Virus record (IMG/VR): IMGVR_UViG_3300044557_000566
Length of the DNA: 64,000 nucleotides
From: an uncultured virus (IMG/VR IMGVR_UViG_3300044557_000566)
Taxonomy: Duplodnaviria > Heunggongvirae > Uroviricota > Caudoviricetes
Reading direction: 5' to 3' (one strand)
Shown here: piece by piece, positions 27,420-37,760 of the stretch
Numbering within the stretch: the stretch's first letter is position 1
Layout: the number at the start of each line of letters is the position of its first letter
Notes under the pieces: generated by a model
The model's database searches: none
The model's input: the letters and a program-made list of their open reading frames with translations, nothing else
What the model was told of the DNA's origin: nothing
Translations under genes and position numbers: made by a program

Positions 27420-28610
27420 CTATCTTTCCAGCCTTGCCATTCGATCTTTGAGAACGCCGCCCATCTCGATGATGGCCACCTCAAGGTACACTCTCGTATC
27501 ATTGTCTAGAGTGGAGTCACGTTGGGCTTTCGCGATGATCTTAAAGCACTTGAGTAGGGTCTCAGGTCCAATGGTCACGGACATCTCCACCCTCTTACGA
27601 GGATACTCTTTCGTCTCGTCCTCGGTGAGACTCCCGATGATGATCATCTCCCTAGCGAAGTCAACCAATGATCTTGTAAGCACCCTGACGTCAACCCCGT
27701 CGATGATAGCATTAGATAGGTCAATAAGAGCCTTAACAGAATCCCCGCACGGGCTCTTCCTACCGTTGAGGAATAGATCAGACTCGATGAGGCGGGTCCA
27801 GTCCGTCTTATATGAGCCTGGGGTTGACAGGAGGTGGTCTAGCTCAGACAGGGTCTGACGCGCGGATCCACCCTCGAAGGTAGCCCCAGACTCTTTTATG
27901 GCCTTGACGATGAGGTCAGACGAGTACACCTTCCTACGCTCGTGGAAATCTTTCCCAGCATCCTCGGTCTCGTACTGCTTCCTCTGCTCTTCTGGAATCT
28001 CCTCGTACCCCTCTTGCTTGAGTATTCTACGGCACAGCGCGTCGAGCGTCTTACGCGGTACGAGCTTGAACGCCCTCTGCTGGACGCGGCTCGTGATGGT
28101 CAGGGGTATCTTGTCGATCTCCGTCGTGCAGAATATGAATATTGACGACATGTTGGGATCTTCGAGTGGGATTAGAAGGGCGTCTAGAGCGTTCTTCGAG
28201 AGCCTCTGGATCTCGTCAATGATCCATATGGGCTTCCTGATAGCACTCCTACGCTTAGCTTGATCTACTATAGACTTGATGTCATTCACGCCCCCACCCT
28301 CGAAGTTGGCAGCGCTCAGATAGTGGACACCCATGTTCGTGTTAGCGTCTATAGACTTGCAATTATCACAATGATTACAGGGATTGCCCTCACCGTCAGG
28401 GTTCTCACAGTTGATGGCCTTCGCGAGGATCAACGCTACCGTGGTCTTCCCGCATCCCCTTGGGCCAGAGAAGAGGTACGCTCCGGCTATCCTATCAGTG
28501 GATACGCTCTCCCTAAGATTATCAACGATCTTATCCTGTCCGACGACCTCCCCCCAAGTCCTTGGACGATACTTCTTGTAGAGCTCCTCATAACCATTCT
28601 TCTTAACCAT
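27420..28610 (-). CDS. dnaX: DNA polymerase III gamma/tau
   Basis: LYKKYRP, GPRGCGKTT, Zn site, IIDE, TITSRVQ. Confidence 0.9.
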   Translation of the reverse strand: MVKKNGYEELYKKYRPRTWGEVVGQDKIVDNLRESVSTDRIAGAYLFSGPRGCGKTTVALILAKAINCENPDGEGNPCNHCDNCKSIDANTNMGVHYLSAANFEGGGVNDIKSIVDQAKRRSAIRKPIWIIDEIQRLSKNALDALLIPLEDPNMSSIFIFCTTEIDKIPLTITSRVQQRAFKLVPRKTLDALCRRILKQEGYEEIPEEQRKQYETEDAGKDFHERRKVYSSDLIVKAIKESGATFEGGSARQTLSELDHLLSTPGSYKTDWTRLIESDLFLNGRKSPCGDSVKALIDLSNAIIDGVDVRVLTRSLVDFAREMIIIGSLTEDETKEYPRKRVEMSVTIGPETLLKCFKIIAKAQRDSTLDNDTRVYLEVAIIEMGGVLKDRMARLER

Positions 28611-28665
28611 GGATCATATGGTACCAAATAATGGCGAATGAGATCAATAACAGATTATTTTTACT

Positions 28666-29913
28666 CTACAGAAGACCGTCATCGTCGTCATCATCGCCGA
28701 CGACGCCAAGGTCCATGCCTGACATTGGCGGCATGCCTGGAACGATCTCGCCATCATCATTGATCTTAACCCCAATCGGAACCTGAATAGAGTCAACATA
28801 AGAGAAAGCCTCAGGATCGCGATTCTTAAGAGCGGTTATCCATGCTACGATGGCCTCTTCCTCCTCCGGAGTGGTCTTACGACTCATACCCCCACTCGCC
28901 ATCCACTCAGTCCTCATACTGACCGTGGCCAATGGCTCCGGATCCGTTCTATGCTCACCGGACTGATCAACGATCACGGTTGAGATCGCTAATGTCATTG
29001 GACTAGACCTGATCTTGTACATGCCACCACGAACATCATCGATAATCGCGTCCATGAACTTGATTATCATCTTACTCTTACCGTAGAGACGGCCTCCGAT
29101 TACAGGTCTGGATACGATCTGCACGCTAATGATCTTCGCCGCCCTAAAGAACTCATCCTTATAGACAGTGCTCCCAATATCCCCAAGCTCACTGACAAGA
29201 TCCTTGAATGCTGACTCCTCATCGCTGGTGAGTGTCGTATGCTCGTTACTAGAATCGCCGGCAGCATCAACGTCAAGCCTATTTAGATTGAATACCGACT
29301 CCTTCGAATCAGGAGCATTACCATCATTGTCATCATGGATGGTAGGCTTGGTAGAATCAGACTGGATCGGGGTAGGGGTGATAGGCTTCATAGTCCCCAT
29401 CTCGTAGAAGTGAACGCCATCCCGGTGGAGAAAATCGAAGAGCGAGTGCGTTGTCGGATCGTTTCCTACGATCTTCCCATGCAGGAATGCGTCGTACACA
29501 GATTCTTCATCAGAATACTTATTCCAGTCTTCCACTTCTATAAGGTTCTGGTGGATCTCATTCTGATCAATATTCCCGTAAATACTGTTAAGAAGATCAC
29601 ATAGTGCCATTGATGCGTCTGGGGCGGTTCCTATCATCACGCTCTTAATATCAGTATCAGGATCGAGTCTTAGATCTTGCAGGAATGAGGACCTTGCAGA
29701 CTCAAGAACGTCTGGCCTATGATTCTTCATCCACCTATGATCACTCCTGATCACGTTCAACGGGACGCCGATCTTCTCTGATAGGAGCGTCTCGCTCATG
29801 CCAGTGCCAATAAGAGTGGCCACAATGACCCTCCTTGCCGCAATCTGCCCCTCAGTGAGCCTCTTATTATAGTCTCTAGGAGAAGAATCTGTACTCATCT
29901 GGCCACCTTCCAT
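28666..29913 (-). CDS. Hypothetical protein, possible N-terminal HTH
   Basis: GMSETLLSEKIGVPLNVIRSD. Confidence 0.65.
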   Translation of the reverse strand: MEGGQMSTDSSPRDYNKRLTEGQIAARRVIVATLIGTGMSETLLSEKIGVPLNVIRSDHRWMKNHRPDVLESARSSFLQDLRLDPDTDIKSVMIGTAPDASMALCDLLNSIYGNIDQNEIHQNLIEVEDWNKYSDEESVYDAFLHGKIVGNDPTTHSLFDFLHRDGVHFYEMGTMKPITPTPIQSDSTKPTIHDDNDGNAPDSKESVFNLNRLDVDAAGDSSNEHTTLTSDEESAFKDLVSELGDIGSTVYKDEFFRAAKIISVQIVSRPVIGGRLYGKSKMIIKFMDAIIDDVRGGMYKIRSSPMTLAISTVIVDQSGEHRTDPEPLATVSMRTEWMASGGMSRKTTPEEEEAIVAWITALKNRDPEAFSYVDSIQVPIGVKINDDGEIVPGMPPMSGMDLGVVGDDDDDDGLL

Positions 29914-29940
29914 TGATAACGACTCCTACTCTAAAGATAT

Positions 29941-30612
29941 TCAGCGCTTAACCCTGAACGCGTCGATCACAGCACGAGTGACAGCGAGGAATCCGAAGAC
30001 GGCGAACAATCCCACGATCGCCTTGAAGATTAGTTCGGGTGCCCCCTTACGATTAGCCTTTACTGGAGTGTACTCTCTTCCGTGAATACCGTCCAGGAAC
30101 GATCCTACTATATCACGTCCACGTTTCACGATGCTGATCTTATTCCTGTCCGCGTTGAGGTCAGCTCGAGCAGGCTTTGAACGCCCATCAGATGCGAATT
30201 CCTTATGATCATTATTCGCATGATCGTCAGTCCTCACATCAGCAGTGTAATCATCCCATCCACGCTTGATTGATGATAAGATTCCACCAATCTTTGCTCT
30301 TACATCAGAAGGTTCTGGGGTTGGCTGGTCATCGTTCCTATCAACGTCAGCGTCATCAACAACTGGCTCTAATAAGACAATACCATCATCAACCTTATCG
30401 AAGACTCTCGTATGCGTCTTACCAGCCGTGTCGTGGATGATGAATGGGTCACCGTGATTCAAGCCCTCAAGCTTATTCTTCCCATCACCATTAACCCAAT
30501 ACGTGTTCAGCCTCGTCACGTCATCTGTGAACTCGAACGGGTTCTTCCTAGAACCGCGTGAGTATGTTACCTCAAGCATTCCATCATCTTTACTCATAGA
30601 GCAATCCTCCAT
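29941..30612 (-). CDS. Hypothetical protein with C-terminal TM helix
   Basis: 223-aa ORF with GGAGG RBS. Confidence 0.65.
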   Translation of the reverse strand: MEDCSMSKDDGMLEVTYSRGSRKNPFEFTDDVTRLNTYWVNGDGKNKLEGLNHGDPFIIHDTAGKTHTRVFDKVDDGIVLLEPVVDDADVDRNDDQPTPEPSDVRAKIGGILSSIKRGWDDYTADVRTDDHANNDHKEFASDGRSKPARADLNADRNKISIVKRGRDIVGSFLDGIHGREYTPVKANRKGAPELIFKAIVGLFAVFGFLAVTRAVIDAFRVKR

Positions 30613-30818
30613 ATTCTACTTATTTCCATTCCGCATGTTAACAATAATAGTATCACCATAAAGCGTGTAAGACAATCTCAAAACTATTGACTACCGGCCT
30701 GAAGCGTATGATCATCTAGACGCGCCGTGATAACTCGATGCCAGCATATGATCCCAATGGACCAGAAGATGAGTGCCTGAATCTACTGTTCGTAAAGCGT
30801 TGAGCCCATTGTAAGAAA

Positions 30819-31076
30819 TTAGAGACGACCCATGTATAGATCCATAAGCTTCCTTCCATCCTTCATGGCTGATCGAATCTTATCTGACGTGAGCACGCCA
30901 CTCGGGGCCTCATTCTTCTTTAACGACATTCGACTTGAATTGCGAGCATCGGCCTCAAGCTGGGTGACCGCTTCCCTCCTAGAATTGAAATGCGTCGCTC
31001 CAACGTGGAATCTACAGTGCTCTGGATCCGCCGCCCGACACGGGCGGATCATGTTGTTGATAATGACATAGCTCAT
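30819..31076 (-). CDS. Small protein with CxAxDPxxCRFH motif (possibly truncated)
   Basis: PCRAADPEHCRFH; GGAG RBS. Confidence 0.6.
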   Translation of the reverse strand: MSYVIINNMIRPCRAADPEHCRFHVGATHFNSRREAVTQLEADARNSSRMSLKKNEAPSGVLTSDKIRSAMKDGRKLMDLYMGRL

Positions 31077-31137
31077 AGCTTACGTTGCTCCTCGTGTGGT
31101 GGACACAATCATGTTTACATGATGCATCTAACGCGCT

Positions 31138-31356
31138 GGATGAACCCCCGCAACGCGGGGAATACCTGTCACCTTGAATGCTACTCGAGATCGTAGCACC
31201 GCGGGGATGAACCCCGCCTAGGCGGGGAATACGGGTGAGACTGGAATCGTTGTGATTGCTGGAGGTGGGTTCAACCCCGCAACGCGGGGAATACAGTGGG
31301 CTATTGAATGGTAGTGCTCACATCTGTTGGGTTCAACCCCGCAACGCGGGGAATAC
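31138..31356 (-). CRISPR. Trailer segment of the CRISPR array (4 repeats, last two degenerate)
   Basis: Repeats at 31138, 31205 (degenerate), 31268 and 31330 (perfect). Confidence 0.9.
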
Positions 31357-31427
31357 GGCCTGTTCCACGGTCTTGTCAACATCTGTTGACATCATGATAG
31401 AGCTCATACTAAACGGTTACGAGACGG

Positions 31428-32246
31428 TTACGGAGCGGTGCAATACTCCGTGTCTATGCTCGACAGCAGGGAGGCGTTCCTCGCGGTGAACGTCTTGGAC
31501 ATGGACACGACGCTGGATCTATTGGATCCACCCGAACGTGATCCGACGCTGACGTTGATCTTAAGATCATCGAAGAACCCGGACACGGTGCCTACAGTGC
31601 CACCATAGAAGACCCCGCTACCAGCGTCAACGGAGCCACTGGAATCATCCGAGGACGAGACCATAGACGTGAGGATGATCTTACCCTCATCATAGTCCGA
31701 GTCCTTCGAGGCGTCCTTGGATCTACGGATCATCCTCATCGTCCCATTGGAACCATCACCGATGGAACCATCAGGATCCTTCACGACGGTCAGCGCCACA
31801 CACCTGCCGACAGTGTCGGCACTTGTGGCGCTAGCGGAATCCGCCGACTCACTGGGAATCGCCATCACCACAGTCTGGTCACCATCAGAATCGGTGGTGA
31901 TCCTGAACCCAGCCGCGGATCTTGCGTCTCTCCCCACCATCTGCATGGCTGTACTCACCTGCGACGTCGCCTGTGATCTTATGGTGGCGGAGTAGTTCGC
32001 TCTCATCAGCTGGATGGCGCTGAGAGAGAAGAACGCCATGAAGATCGCCATCGCCACAAGAAGCTCCACGAGGGACGCACCATGCTCGCCCCTATGGATC
32101 ATGCCCACACCATTGCCTACATGTCTGTCCACATTATTGTCTACACCGGTGTCTGCACCCATTCGAGCATGTCCGAGCGTCCGTCCATACGCATATGTCC
32201 TCATCTTAATCTTCATCCTATTCCCCCGTGGATCTAGTGGCGTCAA
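31428..32246 (-). CDS. Type IV pilin/pseudopilin-like protein (prepilin N-terminal motif)
   Basis: EHG|ASLVELLVAMAIF class III signal with E5; two distal Cys. Confidence 0.75.
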   Translation of the reverse strand: MTPLDPRGNRMKIKMRTYAYGRTLGHARMGADTGVDNNVDRHVGNGVGMIHRGEHGASLVELLVAMAIFMAFFSLSAIQLMRANYSATIRSQATSQVSTAMQMVGRDARSAAGFRITTDSDGDQTVVMAIPSESADSASATSADTVGRCVALTVVKDPDGSIGDGSNGTMRMIRRSKDASKDSDYDEGKIILTSMVSSSDDSSGSVDAGSGVFYGGTVGTVSGFFDDLKINVSVGSRSGGSNRSSVVSMSKTFTARNASLLSSIDTEYCTAP

Positions 32247-32293
32247 CGAGCATCGAAGTCGTATAGTAGCTTATGGTATCACCACGCGAGACG

Positions 32294-33624
32294 GGTTCAA
32301 CCCCGCAACGCGGGGAATACCATCACTGGAGCCATCACTGGAGCAATCACAGTCAGGTTCAACCCCGCAACGCGGGGAATACGCTGCCGCATTACTGACT
32401 TCACGACCGTGAACCAGGGTTCAACCCCGCAACGCGGGGAATACCACACCGTTTGCAGCGAAGCTGCCTACCGAATCTAGGTTCAACCCCGCAACGCGGG
32501 GAATACGGAACGCTCTCTCTTTACTCTCAAGACCCGTCGAAGGGTTCAACCCCGCAACGCGGGGAATACTGATCTTCGTCTTTCCGGACTCAGTTTTGGT
32601 CAGAGGTTCAACCCCGCAACGCGGGGAATACGCATTGATCGTTCTTATTGCGTTGAGAATGATACAGGTTCAACCCCGCAACGCGGGGAATACTTGAAGC
32701 CGGAGCCGGCTCACAGGAAACGAAGCCAGGTTCAACCCCGCAACGCGGGGAATACTTGAAGCCGGAGCCGGCTCACAGGAAACGAAGCCAGGTTCAACCC
32801 CGCAACGCGGGGAATACAGACGGCGGGCTAATCCATGAGCCGGGTAAGCGCAGGTTCAACCCCGCAACGCGGGGAATACCAAGCGCTATAATCTGTATGA
32901 TGCGAAGCATACTAAGGTTCAACCCCGCAACGCGGGGAATACGTCTGTCGCACGTTGTTCTGAGATGAAATCTCCAGGGTTCAACCCCGCAACGCGGGGA
33001 ATACTTTGCGATCTAATTCGTCCGCTTCGTTTGTAGAAAGGTTCAACCCCGCAACGCGGGGAATACTTGTTTCAATAGGATTGGCTCAGATTCAACTATA
33101 AGGTTCAACCCCGCAACGCGGGGAATACTCGAATCAGAAGAGGAGATTGCTGAGATGGCAGAAGGTTCAACCCCGCAACGCGGGGAATACCTGCACACGA
33201 AGCCTGATCCAATACCACGCGTAGGGGTTCAACCCCGCAACGCGGGGAATACTGATTATTTTTGTCTTTCTGTTTAGTTATAATATAGGTTCAACCCCGC
33301 AACGCGGGGAATACCACGCCTGCGATCTGCCACACGGGCTAGCACTGAGGGTTCAACCCCGCAACGCGGGGAATACCCATTGAATTTCGACTTTCTTCAG
33401 ATCGAGTCTAGGGTTCAACCCCGCAACGCGGGGAATACTTCAGTGCGCTTGGGTACTAGCACAGGACGGTGAGGGTTCAACCCCGCAACGCGGGGAATAC
33501 AGTTCATGTTCTTCGATGATGAGTAGCCGAAGATGGGTTCAACCCCGCAACGCGGGGAATACGTCTAGTTGGTCAACGTTGTTCGTTGCTACTACAAGGT
33601 TCAACCCCGCAACGCGGGGAATAC
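32294..33624 (-). CRISPR. Type I-E-like CRISPR array, 22 repeats and 21 spacers
   Basis: Repeat GTATTCCCCGCGTTGCGGGGTTGAACC(Y) on the minus strand, period 62-63; one spacer duplicated. Confidence 0.98.
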
Positions 33625-33737
33625 GCCTAGGAACGTTGAGACCACGTTAACGATGGTCGAGTACCACCACGATTCTCGTTAACGTAGATCAACATTCCGA
33701 ACCCTCGAAAGAACCTCTATTGGAATCATCACAGTTG

Positions 33738-34108
33738 CTAGAAACCGTTATTCTTGGTTGGACCCGCTGCCGCTATCGAGCATCCTCGTTCACGGCGACC
33801 CTGATTCCTAGCAGGGGTATGACCGTCGCCTCTCGGACGACGGGAGCGAACCGTCTGTAACACGGTGCTCAACCCGAATCTGTTGTTCTTGTGAAGCTTC
33901 CCCAGTCCGCGGAGTGCTATGATATAGCCCGCAGCGTCATCCTTGTCACCCGTGTACCCGCACGTGTCGCATGTGAAGGAGTGGGTCCTAGGATCCGTGT
34001 CTTCGCAACCGGAGTGATCTTACCCTCCATCACGTACCGCCTTAGCGTGGAGTCCACCACCACAGGATAGTCGGCCGCTTCCTTGGGCCTGCACATTCCG
34101 TTCCTCAT
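33738..34108 (-). mobile_element. Internally deleted IS607-family remnant: tnpA N-terminus joined out of frame to tnpB C-terminus
   Basis: RPKEAADY...STLRRYVMEGKITP (MerR-like HTH); another frame gives FTCDTCGYTGDKDDAAGYIIALRG to TAG 33738. Confidence 0.75.
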
Positions 34109-34259
34109 GTTGTAAATATATTACGGTAGTAACGCCAATGACACGAAAGCAGGTATCTAATGAATACAATATTAAGATATCAAGCATCAGTACAACCACA
34201 TGATAAGATATCAGGAGGCACATGTGGGACTCACGTCAGGGTCACGAGCCCGCCGCGTC

Positions 34260-34967
34260 TCAATCCCACATGTACGGGAGAACCTCACCTATCCATGCCC
34301 AAACCCTCTTGAATTCAGACTCGACGCGCTTCTCGTAAGCTTGATCGCCAACGATGCCCAGCGTACGATCCTCATAGTCTTCAAGGGCGGTGTCGTTAAG
34401 GCGCGAGTACCTCCTGAAGACCCTGGATGCATAATACAGATCCTGCGTCCAAGCTGCTCCATCAGCACCATACTCCTCAACGGTCTCATTAAGCTTATGA
34501 TTAAAGTCTTTAGTGGATCCAATCTTTGACCAATCTATCGACACAATGCTGAACCGGTTCCATGGTGTCTTCAACCACTCTTCATAATCATCATCATGCT
34601 TGTTCAGCCAGTACCTGCGACCATTATGAATGTTCGCGTCTCCATCATCTTGAATATAGAGGGGAGGATACCCGTGATCGGTTCTAGCCAGTTCAAGCAT
34701 GAGCCTAGATAGCCTATCAATCTCGCGATCACCAAGATCCCAAACATCATAATCGTCATACCCACGACGCGCCCTCTGGAACGTTCTCTTAACCCGGCCA
34801 GGAAGCTCACTCGCGTTCCTGTGAATGAACCCGTACGCTGTCTGCAATGGTGATGGAAGATGATCATACAGGGAATCACCGATATCCTCCAGCCCGTCCC
34901 TTAGACCATGATGCTCTTCATCTTCATCATAAAGACTAGTTGTTATGTCCTGACCCTCACTACTCAT
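34260..34967 (-). CDS. Hypothetical protein
   Basis: 235-aa ORF, AAGGAG RBS. Confidence 0.65.
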   Translation of the reverse strand: MSSEGQDITTSLYDEDEEHHGLRDGLEDIGDSLYDHLPSPLQTAYGFIHRNASELPGRVKRTFQRARRGYDDYDVWDLGDREIDRLSRLMLELARTDHGYPPLYIQDDGDANIHNGRRYWLNKHDDDYEEWLKTPWNRFSIVSIDWSKIGSTKDFNHKLNETVEEYGADGAAWTQDLYYASRVFRRYSRLNDTALEDYEDRTLGIVGDQAYEKRVESEFKRVWAWIGEVLPYMWD

Positions 34968-35005
34968 GATGCTAATCTCTCCTTAAAACCGTCCATCGTT
35001 AATAC

Positions 35006-37498
35006 CTATTCCCCGATAAGATCGAGGATAGCGTCAGAATCATCGGGATGGATCACCCTGACATCATCGCCCCCATCCTTGTCCACAGGAATCGTGAGCA
35101 GTGACAGCGCCTTGTCAACAGTCATTGGCCTTGAGTAGATAGAGTTCTTGGCAATGGTTGCGAACACCGGCTCATTGCCGTCAACACGATTCAACGAGAT
35201 GTTAGAACCAGCATCCACATCAACCCAGGTGACCTCACCAGTAAGCAGGTCAAGAATGAACGGGGTAGAATTCGTGGACTCCCTCGTGAGACTCCACTTC
35301 AAAGCCACGTTCTTTGGATCGAAGATCTCACCAGTCTGCTGGCCTAGTTCCGTCTTCAACATGACGCCAGCGCAAGCCTCGGGGATCTTGCTGAAGTGCT
35401 GCGCTGTGAATGAGTACACGGATGGAATCATATACCTAACCTCAAGCGTATCGAGAGCGTATCTGACATTCACGTCAATGAACTCAGCAGCCCCGTCAGG
35501 AGCACTCGTAATGTCCCCAGAGTGGACAATACCTCTGCCCTCTCGAAGGTTCGTGTAAGATACCTGCCTACTATTCTTGAACCCCTCATCAAAGAACACG
35601 GTGCTCATGTCAAGATCAACTCTGGAACCGTATTCTTGACTGTTAAGATCATGCCAGTGCATGAAGACACGGACAACAGGCTGTTCACCCCATCCTGGAA
35701 TCTTGAACCTTGAGCCACGCCCAATGAGCTTCACGCCAGAACTTACCGACCCAACGCCCATGGGTACAACGTACCGTCCATCTGGAGAGGCAGACACGTC
35801 GAGGAACGTCTTCACGTTCTTACGCTTGTCCTTAAGAGCGGACTCGATGCCATTCATGATGAAACGGGCTTCATCAACCGTCACGTCGTTAACAATCGTG
35901 TTGTCAATGCTTGACGTCTTCTGTCCGTGAGGAGTCCTCATGATGACCATACGCTTGTCAAGATCATTGATACCATCTGACAGTCTCGTGTTCAAGAAAC
36001 CCCAGAGCTGGATGAGGACCCGGTTGCTCACATTCCTGGCCACACTATTGAACGCGGTGAGCACGATCCCATGATACTCCTCGGGGAGCTTGCGGAGCAA
36101 CTCGACGAGACGACGGGCGAACACGCCAGGCCTACTCTTCAATTGTCCAACGATCTCATTGACGAGACGAGGATGATCGACCCCGTCTGATTCCTCCCGC
36201 AGATCACGAATCAAACCGTCAACGATCCCATCAAGAGATCTCGTGCCACCAGACTGCACCAAAGCCAGCCACGATCGTGCTGAATCCAATTCTGGGCTAT
36301 GAGGCAGAACATTGCGAACAAGCTCCTGGTAGTGAAGAGTAGTCGCAAGGCGCTTCCATTCCTCCTCGTAACGATGGAACTCGTCTGACAACTGGTCCTC
36401 ATTAGGATTCTTCTTGAGGATACGACCAAGCTCGAATAGGATGAGCTTCCTCTTCGACCTGTTTAGCTTGAACTTCACTGGTGCTGATAGGGAGGCGTCA
36501 CCATCAGAAGACCAGAATGCGGCCAGTCTGAGCACATCAGTCACGCTATCGAGAAGATCCTCGTCAACATACTTTGAAACCTCGCCATGATTCCACGTCA
36601 CGCATGGAAGAACAACGTTTAGATCAGATCCGTCCAACTCTCTGAGCAATGCGTACAGGAAGACGGCGTTCTCGTGGATCTTAGGCCATTCCGTGATGAC
36701 TCCGACCGTTTCATCAAGGTGGAGTAGGGAGAACACGCCCCTGATGAACCACTTCTGATCATCAGACCACACCTGTGATGAAGATACCACATTCTTGAGA
36801 ACATCAAGGACATCGTTCCTACTGATGATCCTAATAGCTGTCGGCTTTAACCCGTCAATGAGATGAATCCTAGGTGATGGAGTGTAATCATGCATGATGC
36901 GGACACCGATCCAATCACCGAGGTAATGCAGGAAGGCATTCCAGATTAGCTCTTCATCCGATGCTTCCGCCACCTGTTCTGGGAAGTCCGGGTACATTGG
37001 ACGATAATCGTAAGCCGTTCCGCGCGATTCCTTAAGCACATCAAGAACAGAAGACAGCGTGCCGGCCGAAACACTGCCCAGGCGCTCGACGAGATCATCA
37101 TAACCTACACCCGATTGAGAGCTGCCTGTGATCGCGTAGTTAAGAGATAAAGCATTAGCAATGAATGCAAGAACAGCGTGCGTTGAAGCGCCTTCAAGAT
37201 CATCAATTGGGTACAGGAATATCTCGTTATGATTAACGGTAAGGTACTCGTTCACCGCATTGAGGTTAGCCTTGTCCAGCCCACGCTTAAGTTCATGAAT
37301 TCCACCATAGTTAACGGTACTAGCATTATCGATCTGATTCTGGGGATCATTAATGTTATCATCACGCTTATCCTTAAGCGCTTTCAGACCACTTGCCGTT
37401 CCCCCTGTGGCCTTATTGAGCTCATCCAGGCCATCAAGACTGTCATCAGGACCGTGATCGTGGTTTCCAGTGAACTCATCCTTGCTTGCTACTCTCAT
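35006..37498 (-). CDS. Large helical protein with C-terminal TerD-like domain
   Basis: VDLDMS...HSGDITSAPDGAAEFIDV; YRPMYPDFP, TDVLRLA, RPGVFARRL. Confidence 0.75.
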   Translation of the reverse strand: MRVASKDEFTGNHDHGPDDSLDGLDELNKATGGTASGLKALKDKRDDNINDPQNQIDNASTVNYGGIHELKRGLDKANLNAVNEYLTVNHNEIFLYPIDDLEGASTHAVLAFIANALSLNYAITGSSQSGVGYDDLVERLGSVSAGTLSSVLDVLKESRGTAYDYRPMYPDFPEQVAEASDEELIWNAFLHYLGDWIGVRIMHDYTPSPRIHLIDGLKPTAIRIISRNDVLDVLKNVVSSSQVWSDDQKWFIRGVFSLLHLDETVGVITEWPKIHENAVFLYALLRELDGSDLNVVLPCVTWNHGEVSKYVDEDLLDSVTDVLRLAAFWSSDGDASLSAPVKFKLNRSKRKLILFELGRILKKNPNEDQLSDEFHRYEEEWKRLATTLHYQELVRNVLPHSPELDSARSWLALVQSGGTRSLDGIVDGLIRDLREESDGVDHPRLVNEIVGQLKSRPGVFARRLVELLRKLPEEYHGIVLTAFNSVARNVSNRVLIQLWGFLNTRLSDGINDLDKRMVIMRTPHGQKTSSIDNTIVNDVTVDEARFIMNGIESALKDKRKNVKTFLDVSASPDGRYVVPMGVGSVSSGVKLIGRGSRFKIPGWGEQPVVRVFMHWHDLNSQEYGSRVDLDMSTVFFDEGFKNSRQVSYTNLREGRGIVHSGDITSAPDGAAEFIDVNVRYALDTLEVRYMIPSVYSFTAQHFSKIPEACAGVMLKTELGQQTGEIFDPKNVALKWSLTRESTNSTPFILDLLTGEVTWVDVDAGSNISLNRVDGNEPVFATIAKNSIYSRPMTVDKALSLLTIPVDKDGGDDVRVIHPDDSDAILDLIGE

Positions 37499-37526
37499 TC
37501 AGTGTCTCCGTTCTGTAATCTTGCAT

Positions 37527-37561
37527 ATAAAAAGGGTGAACCGTGACAAGCGATCCACCCT
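37527..37561 (-). terminator. Intrinsic terminator after the tandem RNA motif
   Basis: AGGGTGGA/TTCACCCT stem followed by a U run. Confidence 0.65.
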
Positions 37562-37578
37562 AATTACCGTACAAAGCA

Positions 37579-37753
37579 TTGAGTGATTGGAAAGCACGCG
37601 GGCATGATTTTCATTTACTATGAAGTGGATAGAAGAACTCCCACGTATGGCCAATCATTCAATTACATGCGGTAACTCGTTGTGGAAAGCGATGGAGCAA
37701 TTTTTTAATCAGAAAAGTTAGAAGAACTCTCCATCATGGCCGCAATTCGTTAC
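37579..37753 (-). ncRNA. Tandem pair of homologous structured RNAs
   Basis: Both copies: P1-GGCCAT-P2-AGTTCTTCTA...P2'-GCTTTCC-P1', with different but paired stems. Confidence 0.75.
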
Positions 37754-37760
37754 ATTAAAT

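Noticed and set aside
32014..32968. Plus-strand ORFs 32014-32412 and 32756-32968
   Set aside because: Translations of CRISPR repeats and the antisense strand of the pilin gene.
32294..33624. Self-targeting spacers within the window
   Set aside because: None found by eye; the comparison was not exhaustive and needs an alignment.
33700..34260. Possible cas2 or cas1 next to the leader
   Set aside because: Translations match IS607 TnpA/TnpB fragments instead; no cas motifs seen anywhere in the window.
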